Origin: Campylobacterota bacterium
Lineage (GTDB): Bacteria; Campylobacterota; Campylobacteria; Campylobacterales; Sulfurimonadaceae
Length of the DNA: 27,971 nt
Direction: 5' to 3'
NCBI GenBank assembly: GCA_034717975.1
Contig: JAYEMF010000130.1
Location: 40,428-68,398 of the forward strand
Each line of letters starts with the position of its first letter. Positions within the stretch are counted from its first letter, which is position 1. Below are positions 8,370 to 19,367 of this stretch, one piece after another. The translations under genes were made by a program, and so were the position numbers. The notes beneath the pieces were generated by a model, which worked only from the letters and a program-made list of their open reading frames with translations, searched no databases and was not told the origin of the DNA.

Positions 8370-11300
8370 TTAGTCGTTCAGATAGTCCTGAAGTGGCTTA
8401 GGCGTATTCCAGCTCTTGTCACCCATCTGTGAGAGTGCATCGATCACAGCACGGGCCGCGCTCAGGGTGGTGAAGTAAGGAATGTTTCTGCGTAAAACCA
8501 CTTGACGGATGACAGTTGCATCCTTTTTGGCCGTATTGTTATCGGAGGTATTGATAGCCATGGTGATATCGCCGTTTTTCATCATATCTTCGATGTTTGG
8601 ACGCCCCTCGGAAATTTTCAATACGACTTCACAAGGGATCCCCGCTTCTTTGATTATCTTCTGTGTACCGCGTGTTGCAACCAGTTTAAAGCCGTGTTGA
8701 TGAAGGCCGCGGGCGATCTCAGGTGCGTGCTGTTTATCCATATCGATGAAGGAGAGGAAACAGGCTCCTTCGGTTGGAATGATGTTGCCTGCGGCCATCT
8801 GTGACTTGGCAAAACTGATGCCGAAGTTTGAACTGATCCCCATCACTTCCCCGGTTGATTTCATCTCTGGAGAGAGAACCAGGTCGGCTCCGTAAAGTTT
8901 GTTAAACGGGAAGACCGCCTCTTTTAGCGAGACATGATCTTTCAGACGCGGCTTGAGAAGACCATCTTCTTCCATGACAATGTTATAGTTGTCATAGAAA
9001 TCAAGCGCACTTCGAAGAGGATCACCCAGCATGACACGGGTAGCTACTTTTGCCAGCGGCATTCCGGTCGCTTTGGAGACAAACGGTACGGTACGGGATG
9101 CCCGTGGATTGACTTCGATAAGGTAGATCTCATCCTGATAGATAGCATACTGGATGTTCATCAGACCGACAACGCCAAGACCCAGCGCAATTGTTTTTGT
9201 CTCTTGTTCAACCTGAGCTTTAAGCTCATCTGAAAGATTGACCGGAGGCAGAGAACAGGCCGAATCACCGGAGTGGATACCCGCCTCTTCAATATGCTGC
9301 ATAACCGAACCTATGTAGACATCTTTTCCGTCACAGATCGCATCGACGTCAAGTTCAACAGCCTGATCGAGGAATTTGTCAACGAGAACAGGTGCATCGT
9401 TACTGACCGATACCGCTTCATCCATGTACTGGCGAAGTTCATTTTCATTATAAACGATACGCATGGCACGGCCGCCAAGAACGAAGGATGGGCGTACGAG
9501 TACCGGATAACCAAGTTGGTCGGCAACAGTGATGGCCTGCTCTTTGGTGGTAGCTATGCCGTTTTCCGGCTGTTTCAGGTTGTTCTCTTTGACAAAGGCG
9601 GAAAATTTCTCTCTGTCTTCGGCAAGGTCGATTACCCGGGCCGGCGTACCGGCAATCTGTGCGCCGATAGAGGTGAGAGGATTGGCGAGTTTCAGCGGTG
9701 TCTGGCCGCCAAAGTGTACTATGATGCCGTTTGGCTGCTCATGCTCGATCACTTCGCGGACATGTTCGAAATCGATCGGTTCGAAGTAGAGGACATCGGA
9801 GGTGTCATAGTCGGTCGAAACCGTTTCAGGGTTACAGTTGTACATGATGGTCTCGATACCCATCTCTTTGAGGGCAAAGGCGGCATGGACACAGCAGTAG
9901 TCAAATTCGATACCCTGACCGATACGGTTGGGACCGCCGCCAAGAATCATCACTTTTGGCTTATCGCTTTTGCGGGATTTGATACCTGGAAGCTGCGTGA
10001 TATTGGTCGTCGAGTAGAGGTACGGTGTGAGTGCTTCAAACTCGGCAGCACAGGTGTCGACTTCATTATACTCAAGGCTGACACCAAGACGTTTACGTGC
10101 CGAGTGAACATCATTTTCAGTGACAGTGTGTGAACTGTTTTTTCCGATAAGCCGGGCAATGTTTTTGTCTGAGAACCCATCTGTCTTGATAAGACGCATA
10201 CGTGCAGCATCGTTAAGGATATCCAGGTCGATCGAGTTTTCGGTAGTGATGAGCTCTTCGATCTGGTAAAGGAACCACGGGTCGATCTTACAGAGACCAA
10301 AGATATCTTCAACACTCAATCCGCGGCGGAAACCTTCGGCAACATAGAGCATACGTTCGGCATTGGGACGGCGGATCTCATGCCGGATAAACTCCATATC
10401 ACCTTCCATCTCATCAAAACCGCTGAGATCCGTTTCAAGCGAACAGAGTGCTTTTTGCATCGACTCTTTAAAGGTACGGCCGATCGCCATCGCTTCACCG
10501 ACCGATTTCATCCCTGTTGTCAGGGTACTTTCGGCTTCCGGGAATTTTTCAAAAGTGAAACGCGGAACTTTGGTAACGATGTAGTCGATGACCGGTTCGA
10601 AACTTGCCGGTGTACCGGTGATGTCATTGGTGATCTCATCGAGGGTATAGCCAACAGCAAGAAGCGTTGCCACTTTGGCGATCGGGTAACCCGTCGCTTT
10701 TGAAGCGAGTGCTGAGGAGCGTGAGACACGTGGATTCATCTCGATAACGATCATACGTCCAGTGTCAGGATCGACGGAGAACTGTACGTTTGATCCACCG
10801 GTATCGACACCGATCTCTCTAAGGATGTCAAATGAGGCATCACGCATACGCTGATACTCTTTGTCAGTCAGGGTAAGTGCCGGAGCGATAGTAATGGAGT
10901 CGCCGGTATGGACACCCATCGGGTCGAAGTTTTCGATAGAACAGACGATGATACAGTTGTCTGCACGGTCACGGATGACCTCCATCTCATACTCTTTCCA
11001 GCCAAGAAGCGACTCTTCAACCAGGATCTCGGAGATCGGGCTTTCATCAAGTCCGCGCTGGGCAAGAATTTTATATTCGTCGATGTTGTAAGCTACACCG
11101 GAACCACCGCCGGCCAGGGTAAACGAAGCACGGATTATGATCGGAAAGCCGATCTCTTCAGCAGCGGCAAGGGCATCGTCCATATTGTAGGCATAGCGTG
11201 AATGCGGCAGGTCCATACCGATCTTGAGCATTGCCTCTTTGAAGGCCTGGCGATCTTCACCTTTCGTGATCGCTTCAGGTTTTGCGCCAAGGAATTCGAT

Positions 11301-11630
11301 CCCCTCAAGCATTCCCTTCTCATGCATCTGCATTGCGGCATTGAGCGCCGTCTGTCCACCCATGGTAGGCAAGATGGCATCGACATTCTCTTTTTTGATG
11401 ATCTCGGCGATGATCTCGGGTTTGATCGGTTCAACATAGGTACGATCAGCAAATTCCGGATCGGTCATAATGGTGGCAGGATTGGAGTTGATCAGTACGA
11501 CACGGTAACCAAGCTCTTTAAGTGTTTTGACGGCTTGCGTACCGGAGTAGTCAAATTCACAGGCTTGTCCGATGATGATCGGACCTGAACCGATAAGTAA
11601 TATTGTCTTGATATCTTCGCGTTTTGGCAT
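8370..11630 (-). CDS. carB: carbamoyl-phosphate synthase large subunit
   Basis: [30 protein letters not shown] start; duplicated ATP-grasp halves ([19 protein letters not shown]); C-terminal MGS domain. Confidence 0.98.
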   Translation of the reverse strand: MPKREDIKTILLIGSGPIIIGQACEFDYSGTQAVKTLKELGYRVVLINSNPATIMTDPEFADRTYVEPIKPEIIAEIIKKENVDAILPTMGGQTALNAAMQMHEKGMLEGIEFLGAKPEAITKGEDRQAFKEAMLKIGMDLPHSRYAYNMDDALAAAEEIGFPIIIRASFTLAGGGSGVAYNIDEYKILAQRGLDESPISEILVEESLLGWKEYEMEVIRDRADNCIIVCSIENFDPMGVHTGDSITIAPALTLTDKEYQRMRDASFDILREIGVDTGGSNVQFSVDPDTGRMIVIEMNPRVSRSSALASKATGYPIAKVATLLAVGYTLDEITNDITGTPASFEPVIDYIVTKVPRFTFEKFPEAESTLTTGMKSVGEAMAIGRTFKESMQKALCSLETDLSGFDEMEGDMEFIRHEIRRPNAERMLYVAEGFRRGLSVEDIFGLCKIDPWFLYQIEELITTENSIDLDILNDAARMRLIKTDGFSDKNIARLIGKNSSHTVTENDVHSARKRLGVSLEYNEVDTCAAEFEALTPYLYSTTNITQLPGIKSRKSDKPKVMILGGGPNRIGQGIEFDYCCVHAAFALKEMGIETIMYNCNPETVSTDYDTSDVLYFEPIDFEHVREVIEHEQPNGIIVHFGGQTPLKLANPLTSIGAQIAGTPARVIDLAEDREKFSAFVKENNLKQPENGIATTKEQAITVADQLGYPVLVRPSFVLGGRAMRIVYNENELRQYMDEAVSVSNDAPVLVDKFLDQAVELDVDAICDGKDVYIGSVMQHIEEAGIHSGDSACSLPPVNLSDELKAQVEQETKTIALGLGVVGLMNIQYAIYQDEIYLIEVNPRASRTVPFVSKATGMPLAKVATRVMLGDPLRSALDFYDNYNIVMEEDGLLKPRLKDHVSLKEAVFPFNKLYGADLVLSPEMKSTGEVMGISSNFGISFAKSQMAAGNIIPTEGACFLSFIDMDKQHAPEIARGLHQHGFKLVATRGTQKIIKEAGIPCEVVLKISEGRPNIEDMMKNGDITMAINTSDNNTAKKDATVIRQVVLRRNIPYFTTLSAARAVIDALSQMGDKSWNTPKPLQDYLND

Positions 11631-11666
11631 GGGGACCCTTCAAAAAATATGGCTAAAAATTTGTTG

Positions 11667-11689
11667 ATTATATAGAAAAATCACTTAAA
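11667..11689 (-). promoter_or_regulatory. housekeeping sigma promoter for carB
   Basis: Minus strand TTTAAGT...TATAAT (-10 at 11672-11667), the Campylobacterota-type layout. Confidence 0.6.
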
Positions 11690-11710
11690 ACCGGGTGAAA
11701 AAAAGAGTCT

Positions 11711-12472
11711 CTAGCGAAGTAGTTTGATAACGTGAAAGTAGGCAGGTTGATTAGGCTTATAATAAGGCTCTATGACGGCATTTTGATACCCTTGTGAAAG
11801 GGTAACAGAAATGACTTTTCCCACTTTAAGCCCGTGGAAAAAGAGGTTGTCCAGACCGGAAGTGATCACTTCATCCCCTTTATGGATCGGAATCCAGGTC
11901 GGGATGAACTTAACCAGCAACTGATCACTGTTGGTGCCATGAACGATACCTGGAGCAAGCTTCTTACCGACAAAGACGGCATAGCTGCTTTTTGGATCAC
12001 CGTTAAGCAGTGCCATCGGCTGGTTGTGCGCATTGACGACGATACCGGCAGCCAGTTCGTTGTAGACCAGTCCATAGACTTTGGATGTGTTGAAGTCATT
12101 CATCTTCAGCCAAAGTTTTCGATGGTCGCCAAATTTACTGTAGGAGAGTACGCGTACAAGATCAACATCCGGACGCGTTGTAAAGGATGAGTTGTTGGCA
12201 CGGAAGAGGGCACTGTTTTCTGCCTGAAGCTGCTGCATGATCAGCTGGTCTTTTTTGTACTGTACCAACTCGTTATTAAGTTCTATAATAGTGGCTTGCT
12301 GATCGAAGTGCTCGTCAATGCTCTTTTCGACAGACTCCAGTGTCTCAAGGTAAGTGCTTTTGGTAAATGAGAGGAGGGAGAGAAAAGGTCTTTGCACACT
12401 TTCAAAGTAGTAAAGTGCTCCTCCAAAGAGGGCAAGAATTAAAACTAATGTTGGAATTAGCTCTTTATTCAT
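11711..12472 (-). CDS. mreC: rod shape-determining protein MreC
   Basis: N-terminal TM, coiled coil, GDEVITSGLDNLFFHGLKVGKV motif; overlaps the mreB end. Confidence 0.93.
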   Translation of the reverse strand: MNKELIPTLVLILALFGGALYYFESVQRPFLSLLSFTKSTYLETLESVEKSIDEHFDQQATIIELNNELVQYKKDQLIMQQLQAENSALFRANNSSFTTRPDVDLVRVLSYSKFGDHRKLWLKMNDFNTSKVYGLVYNELAAGIVVNAHNQPMALLNGDPKSSYAVFVGKKLAPGIVHGTNSDQLLVKFIPTWIPIHKGDEVITSGLDNLFFHGLKVGKVISVTLSQGYQNAVIEPYYKPNQPAYFHVIKLLR

Positions 12473-13502
12473 TCTCGAAAAGCTCTTGGAGCAGATCGAT
12501 CTCGTCTAGTGCGCGACCCGTACCTTTGGCAACGGCCAGAAGCGGTTCCTCAGCGACAAAGACAGGGATTTTGACAATATCAGAGAGGAATTTATCAAGA
12601 TGACGGATGAGTGCACCGCCGCCAGTTAAGATAATACCGTGGTTGACGATATCGCCGGCCAGGTCAGGCGGCATCTTTTCAAGCACATCACGCAGAGCTT
12701 CACCAATATCTTTCAGAGGCTCTTTCATCGCCTCTTTGGCGTCCGAACTGGTCAGTTCAATAGAACTTAACAGCCCTTCAACCTGATCACGGCCGTTGAC
12801 TATCATAGTCAAATCTGTATCCAGGGTGACAGCTGTACCGATATTGATCTTGATCTCCTCGGCGATACGCTCACCGATCAGGAGATTGTATTTGCGCTTG
12901 ACATAGTCGGAGATCGCTTTGTCGATCTTGTCACCGGCAGTACGGATTGACTTTGAGATCACCAGACCGCCCAGTGAAACGACACCGATCTCAGTCGTAC
13001 CGCCACCGATATCTACGACAAGGTTACCTTTAGGTTCCCGAATATTGATACCCGCTCCAATAGCTGCTGCCATCGGCTCTTCGATGAGGAAAACTTCACG
13101 TGCACCGGCGGAGAGGGCCGATTCGCGTACTGCTTTACGCTCGACCTGTGTCAGGCCATACGGGACACAGATAATGATACGCGGGCTGATCAGTGAAGAG
13201 CGTCCGTGCGCTTTTTCGATGAACTTACGGATCATCTTCTCTGTCATGTCAAAGTCGGCGATGACACCGTCTTTCATCGGACGGATCGCCTTGATATTGC
13301 CCGGTGTCTTACCCACCATCTCTTTGGCCTCATGACCCACAGCCAGTACTTTTTGCTGACCATACTTTTCCGTTTTGACAGCAACAACAGAAGGTTCGTT
13401 GATGATAATACCCTGGCCTTTGGCAATAACCAGTGTATTGGCAGTTCCGAGGTCAATGGCAAGGTCATTTGAGAAGAGACCTACGATTTTATTAAAAAAC
13501 AT
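12465..13502 (-). CDS. mreB: rod shape-determining protein MreB
   Basis: AIDLGTANTLV, RPMKDGVIADF, VDIGGGTTE, LTGGGAL actin-like motifs. Confidence 0.98.
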   Translation of the reverse strand: MFFNKIVGLFSNDLAIDLGTANTLVIAKGQGIIINEPSVVAVKTEKYGQQKVLAVGHEAKEMVGKTPGNIKAIRPMKDGVIADFDMTEKMIRKFIEKAHGRSSLISPRIIICVPYGLTQVERKAVRESALSAGAREVFLIEEPMAAAIGAGINIREPKGNLVVDIGGGTTEIGVVSLGGLVISKSIRTAGDKIDKAISDYVKRKYNLLIGERIAEEIKINIGTAVTLDTDLTMIVNGRDQVEGLLSSIELTSSDAKEAMKEPLKDIGEALRDVLEKMPPDLAGDIVNHGIILTGGGALIRHLDKFLSDIVKIPVFVAEEPLLAVAKGTGRALDEIDLLQELFENE

Positions 13503-13517
13503 GTATCTAAGTTCCTA

Positions 13518-14750
13518 TTATGCAATTTTTTCTTTGGTCTGTTTGACATAGACCGGGTTTTCACCACTCTCAACGACATCTTTGGTGATGACCACCTCAT
13601 AACCGCCGTATTCTGGAAGCTCATACATGATATCGATCATAATCTCTTCCATAATGGCACGCAGACCGCGTGCTCCGGTTTTACGTTTGATCGCTTTGGA
13701 GGCAATAGCCAGGAGGGCATCATCTTCGAAAGTGAGTTCAACATCATCGATGGCAAAGAGTTTACAATATTGACGTACCAGTGAATTTTTTGGTTCGGTC
13801 AGGATCTGGACCATATCCTCTTCGCTGATCTCATTGAGGGATGCGATGATAGGCAGACGACCAACGAGTTCAGGGATCAGACCATAGCTGACCAGATCAT
13901 CCGGTTCGACCATATCATAGGTGGTCTTTTGCTCATCTTTACTTCTCTTCTCATGTCCGAAACCAAGGACATTGTTCCCCTGTTTGCGCTGAAGGATCTC
14001 CTGCAGACCGTCAAATGCTCCACCGCAGATGAATAGAATACCGGAGGTGTCAAGCTGGATGAAATCCTGGTTAGGGTGTTTGCGTCCCCCTTTTGGCGGG
14101 ATGTTGACCTGAGCGCCTTCGATGATTTTGAGGAGCGCCTGCTGCACTCCTTCACCGGAGACATCACGGGTGATCGAGCGGTTTTCGCTCATACGTGAAA
14201 TCTTGTCGATCTCGTCAACAAATACGATCCCCTGCTGGGCACGTTCGACATCACCATCGGCTGCCTGCATCAGACGTGTCAAGATGTTTTCAACATCTTC
14301 ACCGACATAACCCGCTTCTGTCAGGCTTGTCGCATCGGCAATGGCAATCGGTACATTGAGTACACGGGCGATGGTCTGTGCCATCAAAGTTTTTCCGCTA
14401 CCTGTAGGTCCGATCAAGAGGACATTGGACTTGGCGATCTCCGTGTCATCCTCTACGCTATCGTGTTTGAAAATACGCTTGTAGTGATTGTAAACGGCTA
14501 CGGAGAGCAGTTTTCTTGCACGTTCCTGACCAATGATATAGTCACTCAAAAAGGCATTGAGCTCTTTGGGTGTCATCAGCTCGGTTACTGCATCGGTAAG
14601 TTCTTTGTTCTCCGCAGTCTCTCCATCGCCGAACATAATTTTGTAGGCAGAGAAGACACAGTTCTTACAGATGTAAACGCTGTTGCCGGCAATGAGCGGA
14701 TTCTCTTCGCTCTCTTGTGCTTCACAGAAGCTGCAGTGTCTATGGATCAT
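13518..14750 (-). CDS. clpX: Clp protease ATP-binding subunit ClpX
   Basis: CSFC...CKNC zinc domain, [33 protein letters not shown] loop, TGARGLR. Confidence 0.98.
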   Translation of the reverse strand: MIHRHCSFCEAQESEENPLIAGNSVYICKNCVFSAYKIMFGDGETAENKELTDAVTELMTPKELNAFLSDYIIGQERARKLLSVAVYNHYKRIFKHDSVEDDTEIAKSNVLLIGPTGSGKTLMAQTIARVLNVPIAIADATSLTEAGYVGEDVENILTRLMQAADGDVERAQQGIVFVDEIDKISRMSENRSITRDVSGEGVQQALLKIIEGAQVNIPPKGGRKHPNQDFIQLDTSGILFICGGAFDGLQEILQRKQGNNVLGFGHEKRSKDEQKTTYDMVEPDDLVSYGLIPELVGRLPIIASLNEISEEDMVQILTEPKNSLVRQYCKLFAIDDVELTFEDDALLAIASKAIKRKTGARGLRAIMEEIMIDIMYELPEYGGYEVVITKDVVESGENPVYVKQTKEKIA

Positions 14751-15532
14751 TTCTCTTTCCTGTCAAATGGGATACCGCGTTTAGTCTTAAGGACAAAATT
14801 GCAGAGGTTTTGAACATAGTGATTATCGCTGTTTTCAACGAGTTCACTGGCTGTATCTTTTAGTGGCTGACCGGATTCGAAAAGATCACGGTAGGCAGAT
14901 TTCAGTGCATCGATATCGTCGCGTTCGACATGACGGCGAAGACCGGTCAGGTTGAGTCCGCGAAGTGCCGCACGGTTACCTTCAGCCATACAGTAAGGAG
15001 GAACATCCTGTGCCAGGGCCGAAGCGCCTCCAACCATGGCAAAATCACCGATCTTTACGAATTGGTGGATCGGTGTCATTCCGCCGATGACGGCATGATT
15101 GCCCATCTCCACATGGCCGGCGAGTGTGGCGGCATTGGCCAGGATACAGTGGTCACCGATGATCACATCGTGACCAAGGTGGACGTAGCCCATGAAAAGG
15201 TTGTGGTTGCCGACAATCGTTTTGCTGCCGCCGCCTTTTGTCCCCGGATTGAAAAGGGTGAATTCACGGATGGTGTTGTGATCCCCGATGATCAACTCAA
15301 CGTCTTCGCCTGAAAATTTCAGGTCCTGGGGAATGGAACCCAAAACAGCATGTGAAAAGATATGGTTGTGTTTTCCGATGGTCGTCTTACCATAGATACA
15401 GCTGCCCTGATCGATGACAGTGCCTTCACCTATGGTCGCATCAGATGAGATGAAACAAAACGGAGCGATGGTAACGTTCTCAGCGATCGTCGCACCCTCT
15501 TCAATAACGGCTAGTGGAGAAATACTGCTCAT
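14747..15532 (-). CDS. lpxA: acyl-ACP--UDP-N-acetylglucosamine O-acyltransferase
   Basis: Hexapeptide repeats, PQDLKF, IREF, HLGHD, LAGHV; follows fabZ. Confidence 0.97.
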   Translation of the reverse strand: MSSISPLAVIEEGATIAENVTIAPFCFISSDATIGEGTVIDQGSCIYGKTTIGKHNHIFSHAVLGSIPQDLKFSGEDVELIIGDHNTIREFTLFNPGTKGGGSKTIVGNHNLFMGYVHLGHDVIIGDHCILANAATLAGHVEMGNHAVIGGMTPIHQFVKIGDFAMVGGASALAQDVPPYCMAEGNRAALRGLNLTGLRRHVERDDIDALKSAYRDLFESGQPLKDTASELVENSDNHYVQNLCNFVLKTKRGIPFDRKEK

Positions 15533-15541
15533 GATAAAACC

Positions 15542-15988
15542 TTACTTGTCAACGATCATGGCTTTGAGTTCGGCTTCTGAAACGAGAGCATCATCAACGT
15601 AAGCCATCCCTTTAAGCATCCAGATAGAGCCTTTGTTCTTGATCACGCTTACGCGGTACTCAAGACGGTCTCCCGGAGTTACCGGAGAGCGGAATTTCGC
15701 TTTGTCGATACTCATGAAGTAGACAACTTTCTGTGCCGCTTCCTCTTCGGTCATGTCACCCATGCTTTTAAACGCAAGGATGCCTCCGGCCTGCGCCATG
15801 CCCTCAAGAATCATAACGCCCGGATAGATCGGGTGGCCCGGGAAGTGGCCTTCAAAGATCGGTTCGGCAATGGAAACGTTTTTATAGCCGATCAGTGACT
15901 CGCCAGGTGTCAGCTCTGTGACGCGGTCAAGGAGTAAAAATGGGTATCTGTGGGGAATAATTTTTTGGATTTCAACAATATCGATCAT
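15542..15988 (-). CDS. fabZ: 3-hydroxyacyl-ACP dehydratase FabZ
   Basis: [35 protein letters not shown]; start moved to ATG 15988 (MIDIVEIQ) because an AAGG RBS precedes it. Confidence 0.96.
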   Translation of the reverse strand: MIDIVEIQKIIPHRYPFLLLDRVTELTPGESLIGYKNVSIAEPIFEGHFPGHPIYPGVMILEGMAQAGGILAFKSMGDMTEEEAAQKVVYFMSIDKAKFRSPVTPGDRLEYRVSVIKNKGSIWMLKGMAYVDDALVSEAELKAMIVDK

Positions 15989-16021
15989 GAAAAGTGCCTT
16001 TTGCATTTGTAAAATTGGCTT

Positions 16022-16044
16022 ATTTTATCGAAGAAATGGTTAAA
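16022..16044 (-). promoter_or_regulatory. putative promoter for fabZ-lpxA-clpX-mreBC
   Basis: Minus strand TTTAAC...TAAAAT (-10 at 16027-16022). Confidence 0.45.
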
Positions 16045-16109
16045 AACAGATTGCCATTGTTCAAGTTATAGGTTTAATTAATCATCAATCTCTTCAACTT
16101 TCTGCATCA

Positions 16110-17191
16110 TCACCCTTTTAAATAGTTTCCAAAATAGAAGTCCAGATAGATTCGAATAGTGTAATTCGGCTCATAGTCATACTGCCTGTGAAAGTTGACA
16201 CCCGGACGGACTTCATAGAAGAACCATTTTCGCCAGACACTTTGACGCCAGCTAAGTGCAGTCGAATAGTTACTGATACCCCCATAAGGGTCAGACTCTG
16301 TGACGGGGTCAGTGGTCTCATCGGTGACATATTTATACTCGGTATTGCCCCAGAAAGTCTGTGAGAGGTTTACTCCTATACCCTGGCTGATCGCCCAGAA
16401 GTAAGAGAAACCAAGACTGTAGTCCATACCATCCATGCGTGATTTTGTTTTGCGGTGGAGCTGGATCCTGAAGAGGGAAAGCTCCTCTAACTGTGTATCG
16501 AAATAGACATTGGTCTCTTCTTCAAAATCATCTTTGACCGAATACTTAAAGGACTGGACCGGTTCTATCAGCCATTCACCGGCTTCAAACACCATTTTGT
16601 AGCGGGCGCGGACAAAGGGGTAGATACCGCGGATACCCACGGAGTATTTTGATTCGATCCCGTAGGTCTCAGGGGCAAAGTAGTGCATCCCGATCTCAGG
16701 TGCGGATTTCTGATCTTCAGTGTCATCGGTGGCAATATCTTTAGTGTTGTCCTGACTGACGTCATCGATAAAGAACTTAAACTCTTTTTTACTGCGGCTA
16801 AGCGGTAGCTGTGCACTCGCTTTGAGGTTGAAATCTTCATCATCTTTGGATTGGAAGTTGGCATCGAACCGTATACGTACATAGGCGTCATCGGTCTCTT
16901 CAAGAAATTTGTCATTCTGGAAGAAAGCATCGACGGAATTCACTTCTTCTTTCAGCTCCTCACTATCGTCTACCGGATCCGGTTTGGCGAGAGTGATATT
17001 GTATTCTGAACCTGTCAGATAACTACTGAGTTTTCTATCTATCGTCTCTGACAGTGGATGACCTGGTTGGAGAGGGCTTCGTGCTGCTCATCGATGTAGG
17101 TGCGCTCAGCCTCTGCTGTAGCATTGGTGTCGCCATAACTTTGAACGGTGAAGATAGTATAAAAGATAAGAGGTAAAAGACGTAATGACAC
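16110..17191 (-). pseudogene. frameshifted secreted/outer-membrane beta-barrel-like protein (one gene split into ORFs 17039-17227 and 16110-16943)
   Basis: AAGGA RBS then GTG at 17191, signal peptide MSLRLLPLIFYTIFTVQSYG. Adding one base near 17052 (CAC TG TCA to CAC TGG TCA) gives continuous HEALSNQVIHWSETIDRKLSSYL...EEVNSVDAFF. C-terminal part is rich in alternating aromatic beta-strand patterns. Could be a sequencing indel. Confidence 0.75.
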
Positions 17192-17255
17192 GCAACGGTT
17201 CCTTTTTATGAAGATAGTGTCAACCAAAAGGTTTTAAACAAGTGTACTAATTTTA

Positions 17256-18185
17256 CTAAAAATCCAGGGTAAAGCCAACCCCTACGTTATACCCTTCCAA
17301 TCCATTCGATCTGACACTGCTCACTTCAAGAAAAAAGCGTTCCGCCCATGCCGGAGTTCCCGGCGTGTACCAGTAGGCGACAGCACCGACAGTCCCATAC
17401 GAATCAAATTGCACAGAGTGGGTGACTTCGCCGCCAAGGTAGTTTCCCCCGATATACCCTTCAAGTGTCAGATAATTACCATTATTATAAAGCAGTTTTG
17501 GTGTTTCGGCTCCCAGAGAGACCCTGGTGACACTGGACTGACTTTTGAACGATGCAAGCTCATCGAAATCAAAAGTGGACTTGGTCTCGTAGAGGTTGAA
17601 GCTGATCTTTGCATAGGGCTTGAAACGGTAACCATCCGGTCTATACTCCGCATCTGCAAAAAACCGGTAACTGATGTTGTCATTGTAATTCTGGTTGAAA
17701 AAGTCTTCGATGGCATCACCGATATCATCATCAGGTTTTTTTACACTGGCACCGGAACGCGAGTAGATGAGCTCGATACCGCCTGAGAGATAGCTATCTT
17801 CCATGGCTTTATAGCGTATACCGCCGCCCAGACCGGCGGTGTAGGTCCGAAGGTGGTTGTCATAATCCAAATGCCTCTCTGGGGGTATCTCAATATCTTC
17901 TGAAAGATAGGTTCTGCTGTAGCCGACATTGCCCACGACAAAATAGTTTATACGCTCATGCTCTGATGCTAACTGGTAGGTAAAGGGGAGATGGATCACA
18001 TCCATTTCAACGTCTACTTCTGTAAAACGGTAATGTCCGGAATTGATCCCCTCTTGTGCAGTAAAAATGAGCAGGGCGTTGATGTTGGCGAGATGGGCTT
18101 TTTCTGCGATCTCTTTGACTGTTTCGGCATAGGCACCCGTAGCGATCAGACAATAGAGAATGAGTGATCGTAACAGATTATGCAT
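17256..18185 (-). CDS. outer-membrane beta-barrel protein (solitary autotransporter-barrel-like)
   Basis: Signal peptide MHNLLRSLILYCLIATGAYA from ATG 18185, overlapping the queH stop; C-terminal beta-signal GYNVGVGFTLDF ending in Phe; no passenger domain visible. Confidence 0.7.
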   Translation of the reverse strand: MHNLLRSLILYCLIATGAYAETVKEIAEKAHLANINALLIFTAQEGINSGHYRFTEVDVEMDVIHLPFTYQLASEHERINYFVVGNVGYSRTYLSEDIEIPPERHLDYDNHLRTYTAGLGGGIRYKAMEDSYLSGGIELIYSRSGASVKKPDDDIGDAIEDFFNQNYNDNISYRFFADAEYRPDGYRFKPYAKISFNLYETKSTFDFDELASFKSQSSVTRVSLGAETPKLLYNNGNYLTLEGYIGGNYLGGEVTHSVQFDSYGTVGAVAYWYTPGTPAWAERFFLEVSSVRSNGLEGYNVGVGFTLDF

Positions 18186-19263
18186 GTCTGACAATTCTCT
18201 CTTTTGTATCTTCATAGCTCTTTGCATCGAGTTTTAACGTTAATTTTCCCTTGGGAATGGATGCCACAACAAGTATAGGTGTCAGATCGTAATGGGTCTG
18301 CGTGATCTGATGGCGCAGATCGAGTTCCCTGTCGTAGGATGGCGGATTGAAGATCAACGCATTGATGGATGAAAAATCTTGACCGCTGAGACGGTTGTAG
18401 GTCGCCAGAGTCATTAACCGGATCTCATCACGATTAAAATAGTGGATGCCGTCGATCTCATACCCGACTTTACCTTGTGAGCGTTTTCTTGGCAGGGTAG
18501 AGTAGGCAAGCGCGTGAGCCGGGATGACTTCCGTCTTCCCTTTGATCAGTGAGCAGGAGAACTGGCGATAGTTGAGAAACTTCTGTCTGACAATGCGATA
18601 CTCAATGCCTTCATCCTCAAGTTCCATCCGCTTCTCATACATCTCCAGACGCTCTTCGATGGATGCCGGCACTGTCTGGCCGGAGATCGGTGAGAACATC
18701 TCATCCATCAGCTTATCTTGCTGGTCACGCTGCATGGTCAACCCAAAGAGGCAGCCGCAGTAATCCTGACGATAGAGCTGCTCCTCTTTGGTCACGCGGC
18801 TTTGGTCCTGTGTACCTCCGCCTGCACGGTAGTCGACAAAGATAAACTCGACGCCATGCTCTTTTTCAAATGCTTTACCGCCGGCCTTGAGCTGCTCTTG
18901 CGATTTAAGCGGACTGACCAGCAAGGTTGTCGTCATCTTTTTCTCACCCAGTTCAAGGGCTTTATGTGCGCTGACGTCAAAACGTCTGTCGAAACAGACT
19001 TCGCACCGTTTCCCCTTTTCAGGTTCGTTCTCAAGTCCGCGCACGGCATCAAGCCAATTTTCAAAGTCATACTCGCCTTCGATGAGGTCAATTCCCATTT
19101 TTTTACACGAGCGCTGCACATCAAGATAGCGTAAACGGTATTCGGAGTAGGGGTGAATATTAGGGTCGTAGAAAAAACCGGTCAGTTTTTCGTCAGGGAA
19201 ATCGTTTTGAAGTTTTTCGAGGAAGAAGTGTGAGTCCACACTGCAGCAGATGTGGACTAACAA
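18178..19263 (-). CDS. queH: epoxyqueuosine reductase QueH with C-terminal extension
   Basis: LVHICC, FYDPNIHPYSEY, RCEVCF, TTTLLVSP, LYRQDYCGC (DUF208 Fe-S motifs). Confidence 0.9.
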   Translation of the reverse strand: MLVHICCSVDSHFFLEKLQNDFPDEKLTGFFYDPNIHPYSEYRLRYLDVQRSCKKMGIDLIEGEYDFENWLDAVRGLENEPEKGKRCEVCFDRRFDVSAHKALELGEKKMTTTLLVSPLKSQEQLKAGGKAFEKEHGVEFIFVDYRAGGGTQDQSRVTKEEQLYRQDYCGCLFGLTMQRDQQDKLMDEMFSPISGQTVPASIEERLEMYEKRMELEDEGIEYRIVRQKFLNYRQFSCSLIKGKTEVIPAHALAYSTLPRKRSQGKVGYEIDGIHYFNRDEIRLMTLATYNRLSGQDFSSINALIFNPPSYDRELDLRHQITQTHYDLTPILVVASIPKGKLTLKLDAKSYEDTKERIVRHA

Positions 19264-19280
19264 GGCAAAGCCTTGGCAGG

Positions 19281-19363
19281 AATTTTAAATTTTAAATTTT
19301 TAATGTTTAATTGAGAAGTAGAAAACCCAATCATTAAAAATTCAAAATTAAGCATTAAAAATT
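19281..19363. repeat. inverted arrays of AT-rich heptamers (AATTTTT-like)
   Basis: Left arm 19281-19313: aatttta aatttta aattttt aatgttt aattg. Right arm 19328-19363 reverse-complements to aattttt aatgctt aattttg aattttt aatgatt g. Confidence 0.8.
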
Positions 19364-19367
19364 ATTT

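Noticed and set aside
9273..10133. 286-aa plus-strand ORF and other long antisense ORFs within carB
   Set aside because: Entirely antisense to a highly conserved gene with no recognisable motifs; typical shadow frames.
19281..19363. AT-rich repeats as a CRISPR array or replication origin
   Set aside because: No repeat-spacer periodicity, no cas genes, and no DnaA boxes or dnaA nearby.
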